A stretch of DNA of 64,000 nucleotides from an uncultured Clostridia bacterium (GTDB lineage: Bacteria > Bacillota > Clostridia > UMGS1883). Each line of letters opens with the position of its first letter. Within the stretch, counting starts at the first letter, position 1. The notes under the pieces were generated by a model. That model saw only the letters and a program-made list of their open reading frames with translations. It was not told the origin of the DNA and searched no databases. Below are positions 57,564-64,000 of the stretch, piece by piece. The stretch spans positions 101,095 through 165,094 of the forward strand of contig CAKSFM010000004.1 of the NCBI GenBank assembly GCA_934454525.1, given 5' to 3'. Both the position numbers and the translations under genes were made by a program.

Positions 57564-59702
57564 TTAATGCAGTGTGTTAACATCGTGGCTGACAGCCGCT
57601 TCAATAATCTGCGCCGCTGCCCAGTGCCCCTCAATGTCCGTTGCGGGATATCCGTTTGAAGAAATATATGCGTTAACCTTTTCCTCGTTCGGAACACGCC
57701 CGAGAGCACGGTTAATCATTGCAATCGCTTCGGCGCGCGTTATATTTCTGCCAAGACCGAATGAACCGTCCTCGTAACCGCCTATAATTCCGTTTGCTTT
57801 CATTGCCGCAATGTACGGCGCTGCCCAATGCCCTGACGGAACATCGGAAAATGCTTCGCCTGCGCCCGTGTCATACTTCATGAACCTGCAAATCATAGCC
57901 GCAAATTCCTCACGTGTAATTGTGTTTCCCGGTCTGAAAGAACCGTCCTCATATCCGCTGACAATACTGTTTTCAGCAGCATAGCCGACATTTTTTGCAA
58001 ACCATGCGCCGCCGTCAACGTCCGCAAACTTTGACGCGTCATAGCTCTTATCGGCACTGAATCCGCTGCTGATTCTTGAAATCAGGGCAGCCGCTTCCGC
58101 CCTTGTTATGTTATTATCCGGCTTTATCGTCTTGTCCTCATATCCGGTGACATACGCATTGTGCGTACCGGCTGACGGAGTAGTTTTGCTGCCGCCGCCT
58201 CCGATGGAGCTTCCGCCGCCGCCACCGCCGCCGGTGGTCGAACTTTTAACGGTTACGGAAGCATTGGAAACGGTTATGTCAAGCAAATTGTCATCCGCTT
58301 CGCCGCTGACATCATAAAAAAGCGCGCCCTCTGCATTATCAAAGGTAAGTGCAAACGTTCCGCTTTTTGAAGCCTTAAATGTGAGCTTATATATGTCTTT
58401 CTTCGCCGAATCCGAAACATTGTTGAGGAAAACAAGCTTGCCGTCCTCCGAAATATTCACGGCTTTGTTTTCCGCTTTGTTTTCCGAACACTCAGCTTTT
58501 GTGAGCGCTGCAATGTCTTTCGGGTAGGACGCTTTTATGTAGTACGAATTCACATTTTTATCACCGCCGTCAAGCGTGAGCGTAATTGTAAATGTGTCGT
58601 CCGTTTTAACCTCTGACGAAGATGATGAAACCTTGAGCGCTGCAGGAATGCTGCCCTTGCCGCCGCTCTCGATATGATTTTTTGCCGATTCAATAAATGC
58701 CAAAAGGTCGTACTGCGTGAGCTGAGAATCCCTGTTGTAGTCAATGCCGTCATATACATCGGCTTTAGCGTCATACATGGAAATAAACCTGTTATAGTCC
58801 AAAAGCGTGAGCTTGCCGTCCGCATTCACATCACCGGCATAGAAATTATCGGATGTGATATGCACGGTTTTATCAGAGTTCAGATTCACGTTTTCCAAAG
58901 CCTTTGACACAAAGCCGTTGGCAGCAAGAGCAATGTCATAAGTTCCTGCCGCAAGCTTGTCTATCTCGAATTTATATGAAGCTGCGTCCTTTTTATCAGC
59001 GTCGGAAAGCTTGAATGTTCTTACCTGATTGTTCTCCGTATTCGTAAGCTTAAGGCTTACTTTTGAATCGTCTGCAAAACCGCCGCTTTCTTTAAGCTCG
59101 TCAAGGTCAATATTTGCAGTAAGCTTCACACCTGTTTTTGTTGTGCTGCTGAATTTGACCGTAATGCTTTTTGCTTCGGCAACATTGCTTTTGGGTTCGA
59201 TTATGTTCGGAGCGATGACGCAGAAAGAATTTTCCAGGTCATTAATCGCAAGCGTGATTTCCTCGCCGGGTTCGCCCGAAAAGGTTACAACCGCTATCTC
59301 CATTCCGCTTGCCGAAACAGGGAGAGAATACTTTGTTGCGCCCGTAAATGCAATATCAAAGCTTTTTGATGAATTTGCACTTTTGGCGTCAATGGGCTGA
59401 ACGAAAAACGGTTGTCCGCCGCCCGAATTTTTAACCAGATTGTTTATCTCATCTGAATAGGCAATGGATTTGAAGCTTCCGCTGCCCGAAAAATCAAATT
59501 TAAGCTGTGAAAGTGTAAGACTTCCGTCAATTCCTTTTATACTTACCTTTACTTTTGCCTCGCCTGCCAAGGTGTCGGCGCTGTCTGTCACATCTTCAAA
59601 AGCTATCTGCACTCCGCTTTCATCTGCCGACGCAGCCTGCATGCAGGAAAATATCATCATAAATGACAGTATAATACCTAAAATTCTTTTCGTTGTTTTC
59701 AA
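57564..59702 (-). CDS. SLH-anchored scaffoldin-like protein (712 aa): cohesin, Ig-like domain, internal dockerin, second cohesin, Gly-rich linker, three SLH repeats
   Basis: Signal peptide; dockerin GDVNADGKLTLLDYNRFISMY...DYNRDSQLTQYDLLAFIE; TTGGGGGGGSSIGGGGS linker; SLH repeats (FADVDGGAWFAKNVGYAAENSIVSGYEDGSFRPGNTITREEFA); TTG start after GGGAGG. Confidence 0.85.
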   Translation of the reverse strand: MKTTKRILGIILSFMMIFSCMQAASADESGVQIAFEDVTDSADTLAGEAKVKVSIKGIDGSLTLSQLKFDFSGSGSFKSIAYSDEINNLVKNSGGGQPFFVQPIDAKSANSSKSFDIAFTGATKYSLPVSASGMEIAVVTFSGEPGEEITLAINDLENSFCVIAPNIIEPKSNVAEAKSITVKFSSTTKTGVKLTANIDLDELKESGGFADDSKVSLKLTNTENNQVRTFKLSDADKKDAASYKFEIDKLAAGTYDIALAANGFVSKALENVNLNSDKTVHITSDNFYAGDVNADGKLTLLDYNRFISMYDAKADVYDGIDYNRDSQLTQYDLLAFIESAKNHIESGGKGSIPAALKVSSSSSEVKTDDTFTITLTLDGGDKNVNSYYIKASYPKDIAALTKAECSENKAENKAVNISEDGKLVFLNNVSDSAKKDIYKLTFKASKSGTFALTFDNAEGALFYDVSGEADDNLLDITVSNASVTVKSSTTGGGGGGGSSIGGGGSKTTPSAGTHNAYVTGYEDKTIKPDNNITRAEAAALISRISSGFSADKSYDASKFADVDGGAWFAKNVGYAAENSIVSGYEDGSFRPGNTITREEFAAMICRFMKYDTGAGEAFSDVPSGHWAAPYIAAMKANGIIGGYEDGSFGLGRNITRAEAIAMINRALGRVPNEEKVNAYISSNGYPATDIEGHWAAAQIIEAAVSHDVNTLH

Positions 59703-59819
59703 TAGATTAACCTCCCATTAAAGCATATTGCACAGCGCGTCAATTTCGCACGGGGAGGAAAAATCCTCCCCACACGGAGCCACTTTAAATTGAGAACGCT
59801 GTGCTCAGCGTTTGATGAT

Positions 59820-61904
59820 TTATCTTGCCCAGCCTGCAAGAAGCATTGTAATATCAATAAGGTCAACCTTACCGTCACGGTTTAAGTCATACTGAATGTA
59901 ATCCTTATCTTCTGCGGTCAATCCGCTCTTTCCGTAGTAAGAAGATACTGCCGAAAGGTCATAAAGATCAATCGTACCGTTCATGATAATATCACCTGCA
60001 AGGAAGTTTACCTTATCAAATTTCTTCTCGCTTGCCTTTGTAATAAACGGAACTTCTGTGTCATAAGCGTTGTTCCAGAAGTTAACGGTTGTTTCTTCAT
60101 TGAGAACAAACTGTGCCTTTGCGTCACGGTAACCGTCACCCTTGATTGAAACTGTGTAAGCTTCAAACTTCGGAAGACCCTTTACAGCAAGCGCATACTT
60201 GTTATCACTTGATGTAAGAGTTGCTGTTATCTTTCCGTCCTCACTTGTGTAAACAGGAGCTGTTCCGTCATTTTTAGCAAGTGCCAGTTCAATGTTGCCG
60301 AGTCTTGCACTGTAAAGATTTACAGTCATGTTCTGATAATCAGCAGCATTGGATGTCAATGTCGGAAGTGTGAAATCAACGTTTACATTAAGCGTTTCCG
60401 TAGGCTCGGGAATGTCATACTGGAATGAAAGGTTTGTTCCGTTAAGCTTCTTATAGGTGTTGTCGCTCTTTTCAACCGTAATCAAAATAGCGCTTGCAGT
60501 TATAGTACCTTTACCATAGCTGTTGCCCTTGCGGACAAGCTTACCGATTACAATACCCTTTCCGTTGTCTGTTTCTTCAATGTTCGGAGCTTTACCGTTT
60601 ACGGGTTTAACGTTAATTTCATAAATATCCAGATCTTCATCATAAAGAAGTGAAAATCCATCGGCAGGAACGATTTCATATTTAACCGGGTCAAATCCTG
60701 CTGCTGCAGCATTGTTTATTGAGAACTGAGCGCCAAGGAAACCTTTTACCGGCTGAGAACCGTTCGTAACAACAATCAGACCATCGTTTGAACCGTCGTT
60801 ATAAACTGTATCATCATCTGTCTGATAATCTCCTGTTTTTTCTTTTTCAGCAAAAACAAGTACAGCAGAATCAGCAGCTTCCGTAACTGTTATATTTACA
60901 TTTACAGTATTAACAACAGCGCCGTTATACGAAAACTCAAATGAATATGTACCTGCCTTGATATCAGCTTCCTGAATCGTAACAATTCCGTTTGTATTAG
61001 TATATGTAACATCGTCTGTTCCGCACTTTACAGATGTAAGCGAGTTTCCGTTTTCACCAAGTGTAAAGTTGATTGCACCAGAACCTGTTACATATGCCTT
61101 TGAATCGGGTGTTACAGTTGAAGCAACAGTAATTGTTTCAGCTGCAATACCCTCAGTTGATGTTGTATAAAGTGTTTCGGACTGCAGTGCAGTAACTCCA
61201 ACTTTATACTCTGCGGATATATCAACTTTCTTTGAAAAATCAAAGCTTGTAGCTGTAGTTGTCGTTTCGTATACAGATGTACCGTCCTTGTAAAGAACAA
61301 CCTTATAATCCTTTGCATGAGCAACTGCACCCCAAGAAGCGGTTTTTGCAGACGCATCAATGTTTACGCTCGGCTCAGCAAGCGATGCCGGTGCTTGAAT
61401 CGTAATTGAGTCATTCGTTACTGTGTCAGGATCGTCTGCTTTAGTTGTGTCAAACATCCATGTTCCGTCATTGTTACCTACCTGAGCACAAGTGATGTTA
61501 AATCCTTTTGTGCCGCCGGTTGCATCGCTTCTTACACGAAAAGTTGCGGTAATAAGATCTCCCGATGTACTTGTGTTATTCATGTCATCTTTAGAATAGC
61601 TTACCTTACCGTTTGCAATATTGTCTCCGACATTATCTGTTTTATTTTCCATAAGGTTATAAACACCATAAGTCGTTGAAACATACTCAAACGCTTCGTC
61701 ATCATATTCCAAATCGATGGTGATTGCGTTAATTGCCTTTCCCATATCGGTAAACGGGAGCTTGACTGTAACAGTGCCGCCTGCTGCCGCTGCATCCTGT
61801 ACAACATTAAGAGTCAATGAGTTTGCTGCAAATGCAGAAAATGACATTGTTGAAAATGCAATGGCAGCCGAAAGAGCGCCTGCAAAGAATTTTTTACAAT
61901 TCAT
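59820..61904 (-). CDS. Secreted cohesin-plus-dockerin protein (694 aa)
   Basis: Signal peptide MNCKKFFAGALSAAIAFSTMSFSAFA; N-terminal cohesin-like domain (TVTVKLPFTDMGKAINAITIDLEYDDEAFEYVS); C-terminal dockerin GDIIMNGTIDLYDLSAVSSYY...YDLNRDGKVDLIDITMLLAGW. Confidence 0.85.
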   Translation of the reverse strand: MNCKKFFAGALSAAIAFSTMSFSAFAANSLTLNVVQDAAAAGGTVTVKLPFTDMGKAINAITIDLEYDDEAFEYVSTTYGVYNLMENKTDNVGDNIANGKVSYSKDDMNNTSTSGDLITATFRVRSDATGGTKGFNITCAQVGNNDGTWMFDTTKADDPDTVTNDSITIQAPASLAEPSVNIDASAKTASWGAVAHAKDYKVVLYKDGTSVYETTTTATSFDFSKKVDISAEYKVGVTALQSETLYTTSTEGIAAETITVASTVTPDSKAYVTGSGAINFTLGENGNSLTSVKCGTDDVTYTNTNGIVTIQEADIKAGTYSFEFSYNGAVVNTVNVNITVTEAADSAVLVFAEKEKTGDYQTDDDTVYNDGSNDGLIVVTNGSQPVKGFLGAQFSINNAAAAGFDPVKYEIVPADGFSLLYDEDLDIYEINVKPVNGKAPNIEETDNGKGIVIGKLVRKGNSYGKGTITASAILITVEKSDNTYKKLNGTNLSFQYDIPEPTETLNVNVDFTLPTLTSNAADYQNMTVNLYSARLGNIELALAKNDGTAPVYTSEDGKITATLTSSDNKYALAVKGLPKFEAYTVSIKGDGYRDAKAQFVLNEETTVNFWNNAYDTEVPFITKASEKKFDKVNFLAGDIIMNGTIDLYDLSAVSSYYGKSGLTAEDKDYIQYDLNRDGKVDLIDITMLLAGWAR

Positions 61905-62038
61905 ACTATTACCTCCAAAATTAAATTTTGAGTGATATATTTAATTAACATTGCGCAGTATTCCGCTGCAAAAGGATGGTGGCTCACTCACATTCGCAGC
62001 GGAAGAACCGGGCAACAGTTAATTACAGTGAAATTTAT

Positions 62039-64000
62039 TTATTTGTTTGTTATAAACGTGTTGCTTTCAAGGTCAAATTCATATCCTGCCGTCTGAGTTT
62101 CAACGGGATATATCGCAATAGCTCCTATACGGTGTCTGTTTATCAGCAGCGCGTCCATTGAATTCGGCGTTGTATTTGTAACATCGTTAACGCGTGCGGC
62201 AATTGCATACTTAAGGTCGGAATAGTTTATAGCGCCTATTCTGCAACGGTTTATCAGAAGTGCGTCCATTGAGTTTGCATTTCCGTCGCCGTTAACATCG
62301 CCCCACAGGAACCAACGTGCATAAAGCTTTAAATCGCCTGTTACATTTGTGCTGAAATCGTATTTTGTATCGGCTTCAAAAGTCGGACTGGTGTACCAGC
62401 CTGCAAATCCGTGGTTTACATAAGTCGGCGTAGTCGGCTTTGCAACCGTATCACCGTTTGCTATAACCTGTCCGTTAACACTGCTGCCGCCGTTCGATAC
62501 AAACTCAACGTTGAAGTTCGGGCGCTCTGCCGTAGCTTTAATCTCAACATCATTTGTCGGCATTATGAAACTATAGCTGCCGTTGCCATTATCTTTAACA
62601 TCCACACCGGCAACAGTAACGTCTTTTATGTTATACCACTTTTCGGGCGTTACAGTAAATTCAACCGTATCTCCCCATGTGTATTTGTCATCAAGTCCGC
62701 TGAAAGCAACTTTGCTTCCGTTTGTTGTAACACTGTACTGTTTTTTCTTGAATGTTGCGCTTATCGTGACATCGCTGCCCGGCATAATAAAGCTGTAGGA
62801 ATCGGATGCTTCATTATACTGATACTCAACATCTGTATTTGCGCTGTCTTTTACTGTAAGCGTATCAAGTTCATAATATGCGTTAGCCGTTACGGTAAAG
62901 TTCACTGTGCTTCCGATTGCCGCCGGATTATCTGAAAGAAGTCGGATGTCCCCGTTTTCTCCGGCATTGGTTGTGATTGCACAAGCGTCAAGCTCAAATT
63001 CGACATTAATTGTTACATCGCTTGCCGGCATTGTAAATGTATATGATTTACCGGTTGCAGAAGCTTGAGCAAAATCACTTACAGGTATTCCACCCGCTGT
63101 ACAGCTAACTGACTTAATTTTATAGTTTGCTTCCGGTTCAATGCTTACCCATAGGATTTCTTTATAATAAGCTTTATCAATGCTTGTGTGTGTAGAATCA
63201 AATCTATCAATAACTATTACTTCACCCTCATTGGTGTTGTAGTTTTTTGTTATATTGTACTGATTTTTGGTTATATCAAGAATGATATAAGCATTTTGCG
63301 TACCTCTATAATCATTATGTGTTCCGACAGGAACAGAGAAAGTGTATGAGTCTGAATTATTAAATGTACCGGTGAGCTTGCCCATCTGCGATTTAACACT
63401 CTTAATACCGTTAAATGTATAACCCTCATTGGTATTTACAGTTACAGTAACAATATCGTTTGCCGTAACGGTCGGAGTTTTAGTTCCGTCATCAACTATA
63501 TACTGCCACAACTTAAAGCCGTTCGGTGTAGATATTGTTAATGTACCTTTGTTGCCGGGCATTGTGTAAGTGATAGTGCCGTCATCGTTCCATGTGTAAT
63601 CCTTACATTCATATGTTGTATCGGCAGATGGACCGGCATAGAATGTCATTTGAATGTCGGGCACATATTCAGCCGTTACCGTTACCGCTTCGCCGGGCAT
63701 GGTGAACTTGTTATCGGTAACTGTAACCTCTGTACCGCTTTCCGTTTTTACAACCCATTTTACAAACGAATGATTTGCTTTAATTGCAACATTTTCATCT
63801 GCAATGCTAAGCGTTAATTCCGTTTCGGCAGGAACAGCGGTTAAATTATCAGCACCCGAAACCTTAATCGTTCCTAATGAACCCACCGCGTAGGACGGAT
63901 TTATTATAGTGATTGCATATCCTGCCGGAGTATCGGTTAATGAAAGACCGCCCTCACTGTCAACATCAAAATATCGTGTTTCTTCGCCACTATATTTAAA
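62039..64000 (-). CDS. Dockerin-bearing surface protein, 5'-partial (frame open to the window edge): multiple Ig-like repeats, one Listeria-Bacteroides (Flg_new) repeat, C-terminal dockerin
   Basis: FNVEFVSNGGSSVNGQVIANGDTVAKPTTPTYVNHGFAGWYTS...DLKLYARW; dockerin GDVNGDGNANSMDALLINRCRIG...NSMDALLINRHRIG; no stop codon in frame between 63886 and 64000. Confidence 0.85.
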   Translation of the reverse strand, partial: FKYSGEETRYFDVDSEGGLSLTDTPAGYAITIINPSYAVGSLGTIKVSGADNLTAVPAETELTLSIADENVAIKANHSFVKWVVKTESGTEVTVTDNKFTMPGEAVTVTAEYVPDIQMTFYAGPSADTTYECKDYTWNDDGTITYTMPGNKGTLTISTPNGFKLWQYIVDDGTKTPTVTANDIVTVTVNTNEGYTFNGIKSVKSQMGKLTGTFNNSDSYTFSVPVGTHNDYRGTQNAYIILDITKNQYNITKNYNTNEGEVIVIDRFDSTHTSIDKAYYKEILWVSIEPEANYKIKSVSCTAGGIPVSDFAQASATGKSYTFTMPASDVTINVEFELDACAITTNAGENGDIRLLSDNPAAIGSTVNFTVTANAYYELDTLTVKDSANTDVEYQYNEASDSYSFIMPGSDVTISATFKKKQYSVTTNGSKVAFSGLDDKYTWGDTVEFTVTPEKWYNIKDVTVAGVDVKDNGNGSYSFIMPTNDVEIKATAERPNFNVEFVSNGGSSVNGQVIANGDTVAKPTTPTYVNHGFAGWYTSPTFEADTKYDFSTNVTGDLKLYARWFLWGDVNGDGNANSMDALLINRCRIGAINYSDLKYAIAARVNDVTNTTPNSMDALLINRHRIGAIAIYPVETQTAGYEFDLESNTFITNK

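Noticed and set aside
1-64000. Search for mobile elements, prophage, defence islands, CRISPR arrays, toxin-antitoxin pairs, rRNA and tRNA
   Set aside because: I recognised no integrase, transposase, recombinase, Cas, restriction-modification or phage structural signatures in any ORF. There is no repeat-spacer array, and I saw no cloverleaf-like or rRNA-like sequence in the intergenic regions. The two stand-alone XRE regulators have no adjacent toxin-like partner.

Overview
This 64-kb window looks like chromosomal DNA from a Firmicutes/Clostridia organism, probably Oscillospiraceae/Ruminococcaceae-like. That placement is an inference from gene content and synteny; no search was run. About 85% of the coding sequence is on the minus strand.

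The core, 10.6-47.8 kb, is intact housekeeping:
- mecA, a ctp protease, argS, murI
- gpmI-tpiA-pgk
- rnhB, ylqF, lepB, rplS
- azlCD, mgsA
- minEDC, pbp2, mreDC, maf, ppa
- an ABC-F protein, ftsH, hpt, tilS
- dnaB, rplI, gdpP, yybS, and an acyl-CoA ligase

The left end (0-10.5 kb) is accessory. It holds a NagB-ROK fusion with a nucleotidyltransferase, two secreted proteins of unknown function, and a visibly decaying sugar-utilisation locus.

The right end (48-64 kb) encodes cell-surface proteins:
- a secreted repeat protein
- a BspA-type LRR pseudogene
- four large cohesin/dockerin/SLH proteins with no recognisable enzyme modules

I saw no rRNA, tRNA, CRISPR array, transposase, integrase, prophage or recognisable defence genes.

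The feature least explained by annotation is a structured non-coding element of about 240 nt, present twice (25.6 kb and 48.1 kb). The copies share invariant sequence blocks and a helix with a compensatory base-pair change. The second copy lies in a 533-nt gene-free gap that has further structure. I cannot assign it to any RNA or repeat family I know.

All family names come from motif recognition by eye. Several start codons were moved from the ORF-track start on the basis of ribosome-binding sites and remain approximate.
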